From Psammoneis japonica (Eukaryota), in assembly GCA_008632985.1 (NCBI GenBank), contig QPGO01000304.1, positions 1-63,616 on the forward strand: a stretch of 63,616 nucleotides of DNA. Direction: 5' to 3'. A model generated the notes under the pieces. The model had not been told where the DNA came from. It did no database searches and saw only the letters and a list, made by a program, of their open reading frames with translations. Within the stretch, counting starts at the first letter, position 1. Each line of letters opens with the position of its first letter. The position numbers and the translations under genes are program-made. Positions 24,161 to 36,743 of the stretch are shown piece after piece.

Positions 24161-27100
24161 ATGAAGTTTTCTGGCCTATCAGTACTTTTGTTCACAACTT
24201 CAAAAGTATTGGCTGATCCTTCATCCAAGCCATATGTTCCATTTAGAACATCACCATTTGATCAGTCGGTCGATCATGAAGTAGAGTATACTGCCAATCA
24301 AGCAAGAAGCAGAGTTCGAAAACATAGTCGCAGCATGCTTCAGAAGGGCAATGAGGAGTGTCCTCTGCAGTTCACTCTCGGTGTCTCAAAACGGTCCCAC
24401 CACAATCACAATTTTGATGACAACAAGAAGAAAGACACGGCATTGTCACTGGTGAATGCCCCCGTCATTTATCCCGTCTATCCTTCTCGGGGGCCGGGAC
24501 GGCAAGTTCTGTATGCTACCCAATACGAGCATTTGGATTTGCTCACACCAGCGTCTGCGGCACAGTTCATGTCTAACTCTGCAACGACTAAGAGTGTAAA
24601 GGAAGGTCTGGTACAACAAGAGGACTTTCCGCTACTGTTCGAATCGAGCTCTTTTCATGCTTCTCCTATTGTACATGATATCAATGGCGACGGGATCCCC
24701 GATGCAATTCTCGTTGATTATGATGGAGGTATTTACGTGGTGGGTTTGGACGCCAAACCGAATGAAAGGAGATACTTTTCAAGAGCTCAGATTCCGCGAC
24801 TCTATATTCGTCGCTCATGGATGGAATCAAGACTCAACGAAACACTACAGCATAGCGAGGGCCACGAGAACGTCACGGTAGATGAAAAGGATCCGTACCA
24901 TTCTTATTTTGAATACTCTACAAACACCAATCATGACAAAATATTGCGAGGAGTGACAGCCAATCTTATGGGGCAAGATAACGCTGACCTTAAGGGGCTG
25001 GAAGAGCGACGGAAACGCAAGGTCCATCACAAGCGCTCACAAGAGGAAAGCAGTCATGTTGAAGCTGACCATGAACAGAAAAATGATTTCGAGGGTCACC
25101 ACCAAGAGGACCACCGTTTAGAAAGTGAGCAGCTCCAAGAGGAAGCCCGGCACGGTCGACGGTTGCAAGAGCAAGATGTGCAAGAGGGGGGGCACGACCA
25201 TGGTGAGCACGATAGCGCCTTTATGGATGAACACAGGAACGTAGGCGAAGAAGAACGGATTCATGACCAACACCATCATGCGATGAAGCGTGACGAGGTA
25301 TGGGTAGATGATGATATTGAAAATGTAAGGGACCCCTACCAAGACGATGACTTGGTCATTGCCAATCACCATTATGAGGATGAGCATGAGGAGGCCTCTG
25401 GCGAAGACAAGCCGCCGGATGAAGACCATGACAAGCATCTCATGGACGACGATTATCGTAGCATGTATGACGACATGTACATGGGGGCGCACGATGATTT
25501 CTACGGAGGTGGACACACAAGTGGTTACTACGATGAGGAGCATTACATTCGCATCCCACCGCATGTTCTTTGCGACCCTATCCTGGTCGAGATGCCCAAA
25601 CCTTACGCCAGAGATTCAAATGAGTACGATGATGTCTTGATCGTTGCTGTCAGCTATTATCTGGATGAGGATGAGTACGAAGGTCACTTCTCCTACAAGC
25701 GGTTTGAAAATACGGATCGCGGCGACGAAACAGAGACGCAACGCGGTATGTACGTGTCGAACGCAATACTCTTCTACAAATGGAGCGGTGGCAGCACTGG
25801 ATCGTGGGGACGTCAAGAACAGTTGGATTTGAGTGGGGATTTCTCAGCGCCCCAAAACTCGTCCCTCGTTGCCGCTGTTCCAGTAAAGTCCGATGACGTC
25901 TATCACTTGGGAGCTTTTGCGTTGGCCACTCCGACAGTGGCTGACTTGGATGGCGATGGGTCTCTCGACTTGTTGGTCGGTACCAGTATGGGTATGGTTT
26001 TCAACTTCGATGCACAAAACCTTTACAATCGAGACGGATGGCCCATCCAGCTCAAAAACCCGGTGGAGTCGCGTATTCTTGTTGAAGATGTTGCTGGTGA
26101 CACAAACCTTGAGGTGTTTGTGGCTGACATTGGCGGAAACGTATTATGTCTAGATCACAAAGGAAAGACCTTGTGGCATCGAAGTCTCCTGCAGAACCTC
26201 GGAATGGAGAGCGCCGCTCCACAAAAGCTGATTGTTGGATCGAGCCCCATGTCTTTGGGTGACGTGGACGGTGACGGAGTGCTTGATTTGGTTGTTGTCT
26301 TTTGTATCGGAGAGCCGTCCAAGGAGCAGTTCTACGTGTTTGCCCTGTCCGCAGCAACCGGTCAAGATCTCTTAAATTTTCCTCTTGCAATTGGACCGCA
26401 GTCAACAGTGCTGAGAGAGTCCGTAAATCAGAAGTTTCCTCAGCCTCTCTTAGTGGATTTGCATGGCGACCAAAGCTACTTGACGTCGTATCTGCATCGT
26501 AATGGTACCACCTACCGAAAGCCCTCGGATAAGATGAGCGGTAAAACACTTAGTTCCCCACCGAATGGCGGAAGAGCCCCGGGTTTACACATTGTTCAGC
26601 CCATCGGATCCGAGCTTTACATTATTGAGGCGGGTTCAGGATGTATCCAGAACGTCGATATTGGAGACAATGTCACGACCATGGTTCAGGTGGATGATGT
26701 ACACGGCACCAACTCGTTAGATCTCGTTGCTTCCACTGAATCTGGAAACATTGTAACTCTGGAATCGCCGGCGGTGCCGTTCCATCCCCTCAATATTTGG
26801 AACAATGGAGGTGGCGGCGGGTCTCAAAGTCATTTCGGAAATGCTGTGGTGTCTCAGGGTATGAGTGCATCGCAAGGAATCTTTATACGCGATGTCAGTC
26901 GTCAGTACCGAGACATCTTTGGTGTCTATGTACCAATAACGTTTGAGATTTTTGACAAGCGGCCCAACGTGCGAAACGAAAAAGACAAACAGACTTACAA
27001 GGTCGAGTTGCGGGACGGCACGTCTTCCAGACGAACGATAATGCGACGCGTATACAACGAGACTGGAACATACACGGAGCGGGTCTACGTTCCCTATGGC

Positions 27101-27358
27101 CCTGGCTACTATACATTCACTCTTCTCTTGAAGACATCGCATGGTTTAGTTTACGAAGACAGATTCCATGTCGGATACAATGTGGATTTCATGCAAGGTT
27201 TTGGGGTTATGCTCTGGTTGCCGCTGGTTGTTGCGGCTTTGCCCATTTTCTTTTGTGGACGCAAAAAGCCTAATTGGAGAGAGGATGACTTTGATCGCGA
27301 TGAAAGAGGAGGTCGTGGTCTAGGCATTCTTGGTCGAGGACTTCCAACAGTGTCATAA
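24161..27358 (+). CDS. DEX1 (defective in exine formation 1)-like FG-GAP repeat membrane protein
   Basis: Signal peptide, ASPIVHDINGDG, ATPTVADLDGDGSLDLLVGTSMG, DVDGDG repeats, His/Asp-rich insert, C-terminal TM helix. Confidence 0.85.
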   Translation: MKFSGLSVLLFTTSKVLADPSSKPYVPFRTSPFDQSVDHEVEYTANQARSRVRKHSRSMLQKGNEECPLQFTLGVSKRSHHNHNFDDNKKKDTALSLVNAPVIYPVYPSRGPGRQVLYATQYEHLDLLTPASAAQFMSNSATTKSVKEGLVQQEDFPLLFESSSFHASPIVHDINGDGIPDAILVDYDGGIYVVGLDAKPNERRYFSRAQIPRLYIRRSWMESRLNETLQHSEGHENVTVDEKDPYHSYFEYSTNTNHDKILRGVTANLMGQDNADLKGLEERRKRKVHHKRSQEESSHVEADHEQKNDFEGHHQEDHRLESEQLQEEARHGRRLQEQDVQEGGHDHGEHDSAFMDEHRNVGEEERIHDQHHHAMKRDEVWVDDDIENVRDPYQDDDLVIANHHYEDEHEEASGEDKPPDEDHDKHLMDDDYRSMYDDMYMGAHDDFYGGGHTSGYYDEEHYIRIPPHVLCDPILVEMPKPYARDSNEYDDVLIVAVSYYLDEDEYEGHFSYKRFENTDRGDETETQRGMYVSNAILFYKWSGGSTGSWGRQEQLDLSGDFSAPQNSSLVAAVPVKSDDVYHLGAFALATPTVADLDGDGSLDLLVGTSMGMVFNFDAQNLYNRDGWPIQLKNPVESRILVEDVAGDTNLEVFVADIGGNVLCLDHKGKTLWHRSLLQNLGMESAAPQKLIVGSSPMSLGDVDGDGVLDLVVVFCIGEPSKEQFYVFALSAATGQDLLNFPLAIGPQSTVLRESVNQKFPQPLLVDLHGDQSYLTSYLHRNGTTYRKPSDKMSGKTLSSPPNGGRAPGLHIVQPIGSELYIIEAGSGCIQNVDIGDNVTTMVQVDDVHGTNSLDLVASTESGNIVTLESPAVPFHPLNIWNNGGGGGSQSHFGNAVVSQGMSASQGIFIRDVSRQYRDIFGVYVPITFEIFDKRPNVRNEKDKQTYKVELRDGTSSRRTIMRRVYNETGTYTERVYVPYGPGYYTFTLLLKTSHGLVYEDRFHVGYNVDFMQGFGVMLWLPLVVAALPIFFCGRKKPNWREDDFDRDERGGRGLGILGRGLPTVS

Positions 27359-27444
27359 TAATGTAAAGGTCGATAGCCTCGCTCATCATGAGCTCATTCA
27401 TTCATTCACATTTTATGGTTCCCCGAATGTGCGTCTTATTTAGA

Positions 27445-30400
27445 ATGCCAGCAGTCCTGGAACTCTCTCTGCCCTTCCTTGCATGGACTGGGATGGGGAG
27501 ATTGTGGTGGATGATGGTGGAAATGATTTTCCACCTCGAAACTAGCCACAATCATGGCAACAGCAGAAGTGGGAGCTGCAGCAGTGCAAGAAATCACGGC
27601 TGCTTCTTTGTCATCAATTCCTGTTCCTCATTCTTCCTCATCTCTCCTGGCATTCCTTGAGTCCCCATTCCACCTCATTGCTTGTCGTCATTGCGGTGTG
27701 ACCAGATGTTGTCACCAAACAAACAGCTCGCAGCGTCACTTCAGAGGAGTTGCTTCACATTGTCACAAACATGAAGCTGCTTGATTTTGTTGAGATGACC
27801 CTGGAGAACTCTTGATGCTTGTCCAAATGAACAAACAGATGCTTGAGAATGCAAGCACCAGCTGATTGCCTTTCATCTGACCTGAGACACAGTGTCTGTG
27901 GACAAACCTCGATGCAGCAGGTTCTGAGCTCATTCTCATGCTTCCCAACATGTTTGCCCCACAATTGTGAGAATGCAAGTTGGTTTGTTGTCAGACTTCT
28001 GGCAAAAGTTTGAAAACAAGGGGGTGAAGTTCCATCATTTCAGCGCATGCAAGATTTTGTCAGATCATGCCAGAAGAACACCCAACTTGTCTCACAATGT
28101 CAAGGGCTGCCCAGCTGAATCACCAATCAAAAGTGCATGATCCTGCTGTGAGCAATGTCATGTGTGGAATGAAGCACCTCTGTGTCAACTTTGACAACAG
28201 CACAGCAGACACCAAGCATTTGAAGACCAGCCAAGAAACCTTCAAGGCTTGCCATGGCTGTGGTCAACATCAGGTGCAGCAATCCATGCAGGAGCACACA
28301 GAACTGTGCAGCAAGACCTGATGAAGAAGAACAAGGCATGTCAGAGAATGGCTTCAAAATGTTTGTGATTGCACTCTGCTTTCTCATCACTTGCCCCCCA
28401 GAGAGTGCCAAGATTGCTTCCAAGGGCTTTGGAGTTTGTGGGCAATGCTGCCCCCCCCCCCCCCAGGGAGAGAGCATGTGTGGAAATGAACTGACCAATT
28501 CACAGCACATTGAAGCTCAAAAATTTGTTTGGCTTTCATCAATGTTGACCACCCTTGTGGAGGATGTGGAGATGCTTGCAATTGTGGAGAATGTGCCCCC
28601 CACTTTTGGATTGAAAAAAAAAAAAGCATCTGCTGCTCAACAGAGACAGAAGGCACTGGTGTCTCTCACAATTTGGTGGTCCTGCTCTCAAGCATGAGAC
28701 TGGAATCCACACTTGCTCTTCAACTTGTGTGTGGATTGCTGGTCCCTTCAGAGGTAGAAAACATGACATGTGGCACAATTTTTTGCTGGTGAGGAGGATG
28801 AGAGCACAACAGGTGACTTTGCAAAGAGCTCGGTTGGGAACCTTGCCTGGTGCTCTGAGGCAAAATCCCAGATGGATGGCATGCCATTGCTGGAGGGGGT
28901 CATCCAGGCGCAGGAAGATGATTGTGGTGCCAAGCTCCATTTGCCCCCATTCCCAAAGAGCCTCAAGAGCTGCTCCTGAGCCTGCTGTTGATGCGAGCCA
29001 TTCATCAGACATCTCAAAAACTTTGCAGTGTTGTGAGGCAGGCTCTGTCATCAAGTTTGGAAGCATCCTTGGGCATTTGAAGTGTTTTGGGCTGCTGGCC
29101 AGCACCAAATGGAGCATGGTTTGGAGCTCTTTGAAGTTGCATTTTTTCAACTTCTTGCTTGCAGATGGACGCACCACACCCTTTGGCCCTTCCACCACCA
29201 GAATTGAGCAAATCTTCACAGGTGGAGATTTGCTTGCTTGCACCACAAACTTGTCAAATGAAATGTTCTCAGAAATTTGCAACAAACAATTCTCATGCAA
29301 TTTTGTTTTGGAGTGCACATTTGCTGAAACCTCGGGGGGGGGGGGGGGGGGCATTCTTGCAATTTAGGAACTTCAATGTCAACATCCAACACTGGTTTTT
29401 TGCATGCTCAATCTGTGGACAGGAGGAGCCAAATCTCAACCTTCAACAATGAAACTTGTGGTGAGTCACTGCCACAATGGTGCAGTGAATGCCACACCCT
29501 TGGAGCAAATCTCCAATGTTTGGTGTTGGAAGCCTCAAGACAAGAAAAAAATCATTTGAGCTCATGCCAGAGATCATCTCATGGTGGCACTCAAGTGTGA
29601 CATCTGTGTCTTCCACAAGCTGCACCAGTGGGACCTCTGGTGCACATTGCCTTGAGACAAGGTTGTGTCTGCATGCATCCACTGCATTGTGTCAGAGAGA
29701 TGCAATTTTGGGGTCAGGAGTCCACTGCGGTTGAAGCAAATGCCTCAAGGGTGGCAAGAAGGCTGGCATTGTTAGAGTGACTGGGGTTGTCCGGCCCTTG
29801 TCTGGCACCGGGTTCACCACCTGCATGCGGCCATTGCAGGCATGAGGTTGCAATGCAGATTGCATTGGGGTCAATGTTGCCTGGCAAATGCTGTGACCTC
29901 TGATGCTTGTGCTCAGTTTGATGTGGTGCAAAAGCTGTGTGTGTGTCCTGCTCAAATCAAGTTCAAGCCTCAGCTCAGGCCAATGAGCAAGCTCTGGCCC
30001 TGGCTGACTCAGAGAGCAAGCAATGTGTTTGAATCTGTGAAGACCCTTGTGCTTCCACATGGCTTCAATGTTTTTTGACAGGCTGCAAGTGACAAATGAG
30101 ACAGGATTGGTGGCCTGATCAGGCAATTTCCTTTGGCAATTTCTGCAGATGTGTGGTGCAACACCTCCTCCCTCAAGTTGGGGACAAGGCAAGGCAAGGC
30201 AAGGCAAGCAGCATTTGAGGCTGGCCGTTTTGTGACTCTCACACATGGTTTGCATTTGCAGCAAGCTGTTCTCTGTTGCTGCAGGGACCAGAGGGTCTGC
30301 TCATGGATTTGTCAGTGTGTGCCAGTGGACCACCTCCCAAGACATCCTGGTTGTGTGACAGCTCTGTTGTTGGGGAGGGCAAAGGGAGAGCATGGAGAGC

Positions 30401-31340
30401 AGCAGCGCAAGCTTCCAAATTTCAAAGTGACCTCCTTGGGGATCAACATCCAATGCTGGGTGGAGACGATTGCATCCATTCACAGCAATCAAAGCCGCAC
30501 TGGGGGGTGCCACATCCAACCTCCATGGGAAGGTCTTGATGACTCAGGAGCTCAATGTCCTCCTTCATGGGTTCCTTGGTGACATCAGTGATCACCACCT
30601 CACTCAGATGTTCAGGAGAAGTGCAACATGAGTCTTTTTTTGGCAAGGTTCAGATTCTCAAGCCACAGCTCAAAAGGTGTGGGAGGACAACATTGACGTC
30701 CTGAACAGATGAAGAAGAAGAAGAAGAAGGAAAGGTCTGGAGCAGCTGAGTCTGCTCACAAGATGCATCAGCATTGTGTGGATGTTGCTCTTTTGCCACT
30801 TTTGTTCTTCCTGTGCTGCGCCAAGGCTGTGCAATTTGTCGGTTGCAAGTCTTCGTTGGTGTTGGTTGCAGGAAGATCTGGCTCTTCCTTTTGAGGTGGC
30901 CACTGCCGGGGAGTCTCATCAAGGGACATGTGCTCTGCTCACTTCAGTTTTCCTGGGGAGTCACTGATTTGAGGTCAAGGCAGAAGTTGCTGCACTGTAC
31001 CTTTGACAACCCTGCTTTTTGGAACAAGGGGGCAGCAGGGTCTGGTGTGTCTCCCGCAACTTTGAGGTTGCTCTTGTCCTTTGGGTTGAGACACAGCAGA
31101 ATGCTGGAGGTCACAACCTGTGAAGCTGCTCCTCAAAATGCACCCAAGGCAGAGTTGCATTGCTTCTTTCTGCCATGAGCCCCTGTGCTGCCACACAGAA
31201 CCCTGGGGGGGGTTCAGATCACCCATCCCCCCTTGGTGCTCAGCAGAGCTTGCACTGAATTCTCTGCTCCGTGAGATTTCTGAGCACTTCAACATCAGCC
31301 AGATTGCTTCTCAGTGGTTCTTGGCCAGGATTGCAGAAGC
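27445..31340. mobile_element. Eroded repeat/TE-like island 3 (TpA/CpG-depleted)
   Basis: By eye, 0 TA and 1 CG in 28021-28620. Poly-C at 28451, poly-G at about 29334, (AAGGC)n at about 30186. Confidence 0.6.
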
Positions 31341-31539
31341 TCAAGTCGAAAGCGGCGGCTGGTGAAGTGCCGCACCCTGCCTCGAATCCCCTTCAAAAAC
31401 GAAATAAAATGGCGTAGCGACATCGTCCGACCTTCACCCGAGAGAACTCGTCGACTTTGATGAGCCTGTGTTCCAGTGTGTCGTCTCTCCATGGCAAGCA
31501 TCAAGGATGGCCTGAAGCCGCATAATTCTGCGGCGCACC

Positions 31540-32076
31540 ATGACGACGCTTCACTCTACTATCGAATCATCCCGGGCCTGGCCCGTTCGTGTCTATCGCT
31601 TTTCCGCCAGCAGAGGCTGGGAAGCCTGTTGTGTCAGTAATGACGAAAAGGTCATAAGTGTAATTGCGGCGGTTCCTAAGAAAGGCAGTGTCGAGATTCG
31701 TGATTTGCGGCTGCGGCTTGCACTCGGTGACGATTCGCAGAAACAAGAGTCGCTTGTGATTCGGCGTCAGAATACAATTTACTGGAGCGTACCGCAAAAG
31801 AACGGTGGGATTGTATTGCAATTTCGTGACACGATACAGTGCATAGAGTTCTCTGACGCTCTTTTGAAACTCAACCAGCACCTCACCTACCCACAAAGCA
31901 ACACGCAAGACGACGAACGGAACGATCGTCAAGCAAACGATTTACGAAACTACATGATTCGTCTACTGCACGATGAAGACTTTAATAAGTTTGTTGATGA
32001 TGTGGAGCATAGCATAACCTCGGCGGACGATGGTGGGGCTGAAATATTGAGAGCACTTCGCCGGGCTGAAACGTAG
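31540..32076 (+). CDS. Hypothetical protein (178 aa)
   Basis: ATG ORF with normal composition, convergent with the helicase gene. Confidence 0.65.
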   Translation: MTTLHSTIESSRAWPVRVYRFSASRGWEACCVSNDEKVISVIAAVPKKGSVEIRDLRLRLALGDDSQKQESLVIRRQNTIYWSVPQKNGGIVLQFRDTIQCIEFSDALLKLNQHLTYPQSNTQDDERNDRQANDLRNYMIRLLHDEDFNKFVDDVEHSITSADDGGAEILRALRRAET

Positions 32077-32139
32077 AGCATTCATTGATCCTAAACGGTA
32101 GTTTCATGACAAGCCTCGACTCAAGGATAAATCATCGAA

Positions 32140-35100
32140 TCAATACTTAGGCACAAGATCCATATCCATGAGTGTGTGAATAGTATCTTCTTTCTTGTCT
32201 TGAAGAAGGTGGACAACGTCTTTGAGAAAAATCGTTTCTTGATCTTGATGATTGTTTCCCTTTTCGAGTCGCTCTGACAAGATCTGATCCAAGCAACTCC
32301 GTACTTCACGAAATCTAACTGACGTTTGAGCAGCCATTGGCAGTGAGATCCAGTCATCAACCATGACTCTTCGTTCCATGTGTTTAATCGAAATATCACC
32401 ACCGAATAAGAAAATGGCCGACGGCAAAACAGGAGCGGTGGCGCTCACAGAAGTACAACGGCTTGTCGCAAACTTTTCGTGGAACAATAGCCAATCCTCT
32501 CCTCTATGCAAACGACGGTTGTGATTGGTGCTTGTCGAATGAAAAAACAAGCGTTCGGTCTTGTGCCATAGAGAAGGAACATCGGATACGTGATGCTCCA
32601 CGCGAGCAACATTGGCGTACAATCCCGCACAGACAACGGCGTGGACTAGATTCTCGTTTCCCGAGTGCTCACAAAGACGAGGACTGCTGGTCTTGATCCA
32701 CTCGTCAGGGTCGCCCTTGCTCCGTCCATTGTATCCTCTAGCAAATCCGAGTTGACCCAACAATTCGAGAAACTGCTTTCTCGAGTCAGATATCTCCGTC
32801 AGCGCTGTCCAACTCAAATAGTACTGTTTGCAAAAACGTCGACCTCTGTCCTTGCCCTGATTCTTAATAAAAGCATCCCAGACGTTGCATAAGGTGAGAA
32901 AGTCAGATCGCTCATGTTGAAAGACACGATGTTGAGCTTTAGCCTGAGATTCTTTTCCAAAGGAGGCGGAGAATGGTGATTTGACGCTTAAGCCAGCAGC
33001 GACAGTCAATGCCTTGTCCAAGCAAGAAAAGAGAGCACCAAATATCAGCATTTTTCCGAGACGAACGTGAACTGGTAACTTAGCCAAATGATAACCCAAC
33101 GGTGTAAGCTTTTCTTGTGCGGTGGCGGAAACTTCCAATGCACCAACCTCCTGTAAGAGCGTCAGGGCCAATTTGACTGACGTTTCTGACGGTGGTTGAG
33201 GAGCTTGCTGCAAGAACTCCGCACTTCTTGACGCCAGCCTTCCTGCTAATATATTCAAACATACTTCTTCCAGCGGCACGCGCTGCAACTCTGGTATAGC
33301 TTGTTCTCGCATCGTATCTTCAAAGGTATTACTTGAGAAGAGCTTGCAACAAATGCCTGGCTGAACACGGCCTGCACGTCCGGCTCTTTGCCTGGCGCTC
33401 GCACGTGAACACCAATCCAACACCAGCTTGTTGGTCGCATATCGCTTGTCTTGACGAATTTCTCGTACCAAGCCACAGTCAATCACAGCCACGACATCGC
33501 TTATCGTCACCGAAGTTTCCGCAATGTTGGTCGACAGAATGAGCTTGCGACAGCCACGAGGCGGCAAACGAAAGGCACGCTTCTGGTCTTGTGATGACAG
33601 AGCCGAATGAAGAGGAATCACGTCAAATCGGCGACCGTCGCCAAAGATGCGGCTTCCTTGTAATCGATCTGCAAGGGCACGAATCTCACCCAATCCTGGA
33701 AGGAATATTAAAATTGCCCCATTCTTACGTGTGGACATAGACGATCCGTCAGGTGGGGGCAAAGCACCGTTTGATTCATCTACAAGAAGAAGTAAAACAT
33801 CCTCAATCAAGTCGTAATTGATAACCTTTTCATCGACTCGATCCATGGAGCGTTGCGTTGTCATTTTGTAACCTGCGTACCATCCAGAGACTTCTGATAC
33901 GTCAGTTTGAGATTCTAGAGAAGCAATTTCTCGTCGTTTCTCGCCTCCTTTTGTGGTCACCCACAGCGTTTCTGTCTGAAACGTGCTAGAAGCTCCTCGG
34001 ATGGCATACCTAGAATCTGCCTCGATTATGTGATTGGTGGCATCCAATAGATCTTCCAAAAAGTAGTTGGCGACAGGGAAAGTCCGGCCAGGCACGTTGA
34101 GTATAGGTGCGTTGCCAAAGAAGGATCCAAAAACCTTTGTATCCAGAGTGGCTGACATAAGAACCACCTTTAAGTCGGGTCTTGTCGTCTGTAAGAGACG
34201 TCTTAGAGTAATCAATAGGAAGTCAATTTGCCATTGCCGCTCATGAACTTCGTCAACCAGAACATGTGATACGCCTTTCAAGTTTGGGTCATCTTGAAGT
34301 CGGCGCAACACAACCCCCGTTGTGCAAAACAAAAGCCGCGTTTCAGAGCTTTGCCGAGATTCCATTCGAATCTGATAGCCTATAAGACCCCCAACTCCAC
34401 GGGGTTCACACATTTCTTCCGCAACTCGATCAGCTACAGCCATTGCAGCAACTCGACGAGGTTGTGTGCAAAGGATATTGACGGATGCGTCCCCATCGGA
34501 CAAGGAATTCTCAAGTAGGAACGCTCCACACTGCGTCGTTTTGCCTGCTCCTGTTTCAGCACATAATATCGTGACGGCATTGTTTTCAATCATACCCAAC
34601 AGCTCGTTACGATAGTTGTACATGGGAAGCTCGGCACGCATTTTTGTCATTGCCATATATTCTTTCGACTTTTGCCTATCTAGAAAGTCCCTTGCCACGC
34701 CTTGCACCAAGTTATTGCGTCGCTTTGGACGACCCGCCTTTTCGTCGTCGCCCCCGGAGTGGCGTAGATTGAAAGTCTCGTCTATGGGGGTTGTCGTTGG
34801 AGTATTCATATACGCACTGTCACTCGACTCAAACCACATGGCCTTGGGAAACAGCTTGACGAGCTCTTTTATCTTGTTATCAAATTCCGCTTTGGTAGCA
34901 TTCTTCTTTTCAGTTTTTTGTCGCGCCTCTTGTTGCATCCATGACTTCCACAGAGAAGAAAAGACGGGTGGAAATAGTCTGTAGACCGGAAGCTCCTCCT
35001 TCCCCACCAGTTCCCATAACGCCTGTGTTGAGACGTAATTCTTCGCATCAGGGTACGAATAGAATGGTCCCTTTTGTTCGAGTACGAGAGGAGGTCGATG

Positions 35101-36413
35101 CTCGGCCTTGCCAGCAACTGAAAATCTTATTCTGACTGCACATCCATTTGTGCCAAGCTTTGAAAATGTTGGATGAGGCAACTTCTGTTTTCGGCAGTGT
35201 TCCTCCAGAATCTTCTTTGGTGTCTTGCCAGTCCATGAGTCAGGAATAGCAGGTTCGACACTAGACAAGCGGAAAAGATCAATAGAAGGCTCATCGTCAT
35301 GGCTACCATTCTCGTCTACCGGTTCATCCTTCGCGGTGTTGGCTTTCGGTTCTTCTGTTGGGGAATTACTTTGCTCCTCGTCAAACATGCCGAAGAAATC
35401 ACCATATCCTTCCATGGCTTCTTCCTCGGGTTCCTCTTCTTTCGCTCTGGCATTTGCCTCTGCGAGCGCTTTCGCTACTCTTCCTCTTGATTTTTTTTCT
35501 TTCTTCTTCAATTGAACCAATTCCTTCTGGAGTTGTTTGATTTCAGCCTTGCTCCGCATATAATTGGAGGGCTCGTCCTTTAGCGTGGCTTCCAAATCCT
35601 GAATTTCCTCTTGAAGCTTTTGCAGTTCTACCTGTTCAGGTAAAAGTCCAAGCTGACCATGAGTCGTCTCGTCCGTGCGTTCGTGATCGCCGCTACAAGC
35701 CTGTGTCAGCTCCTCTTCTTTGCCCTCTCCGCCATCAATGTCTGTTCCATCTTCCTCTACTCCCGAATCATCATCACAATACTCATATTCATTCAAAATC
35801 CAATTTTTTGAAGCACTATCCACCTGATCAGGCTTTTCGACTGCTGGGTCAGGAGCAAGAGTAGGTGATGGTGTTTGGTTGAAAACTATCGGATCGTCCT
35901 TCGATTCTTCCTGCGGCTTTGATCCAACAACCTCTACACTCCAACCAGAAGGGTGGCTGAGACCCTGCACCTGATCCTGTTGTTCTGTCTGAAGCTCACG
36001 GATATGTCCCTCCGTCAAGATGGGAGGCATTTCTTTGGCCTCAAAATGAAGACAAGCCCAATCAAGAGCGGCTTCAAACGATAGGTCTCCGTTCTTACTT
36101 TCGGCTAGATTGGATAATATGGTCTTGACCTGTGATTCTTCAAAGCCAACGTCGCTGGATAGCTGCGAGTATAATGTCGCTAGGCGCTTGTAGAACCGTC
36201 TAGGAGCTACTTCATCTTGAGGCTGGGAATTGACTGCCTTGTCGCCACGGATACACTTGTCGGTGTTGGATCAAGTGCTCCTGCAGACGAAACATTCTCG
36301 GCCTTTTCTTTCTCGTTTGTAGATATTTGAGGCACAGCTTTCGGTGCCACCGCTGCTGTTGCGTAACCCCGAGCATCATTCTTGGCTCCACCGCGCTTCT
36401 TCTTTTTCGCCAT
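32140..36413 (-). CDS. DEAH-box RNA helicase, DHX29/DHX57-like (apparent 1-bp frameshift at about 36225)
   Basis: AETGAGKTTQ, TQPRRVAA, DEVHER, MSAT, STNIAETSVTI, QRAGRAGR, HA2 and dsRBD-like regions. N-terminus MAKKKKRGG...RGYAT. Confidence 0.92.
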
Positions 36414-36743
36414 GGCTTGCCTACCTTCAACGCTAACCGCTAAAAATGCATGCCATGGCTGGCATGTTTCGAAGGCGGTGTGTGATGCGTCCGTTTCGCG
36501 AATTCCATACTGTCAGAAAAGTCATTTTTGATCATAAAAATGACTAAAGCTAGTTTTGAGCCGGAAACCACGAAAATCGAAATGAACAGCAGCAGCAACA
36601 ACATCAACAATGTCATTCATCGCGTCGCTTCCAAGAGCAGAAGAAGCAATACTCGTTCTACAAGCGAGCACATTTTACGCCAGCAAAAGAGAAAGCTCGA
36701 GTGAGGACACTGCATCATACAAAAGTGGTACAGTAGCGCGACA

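Noticed and set aside
25020..25550. His/Asp/Glu-rich stretch in the DEX1-like gene as a separate element
   Set aside because: It is an in-frame low-complexity insert within a continuous ORF.
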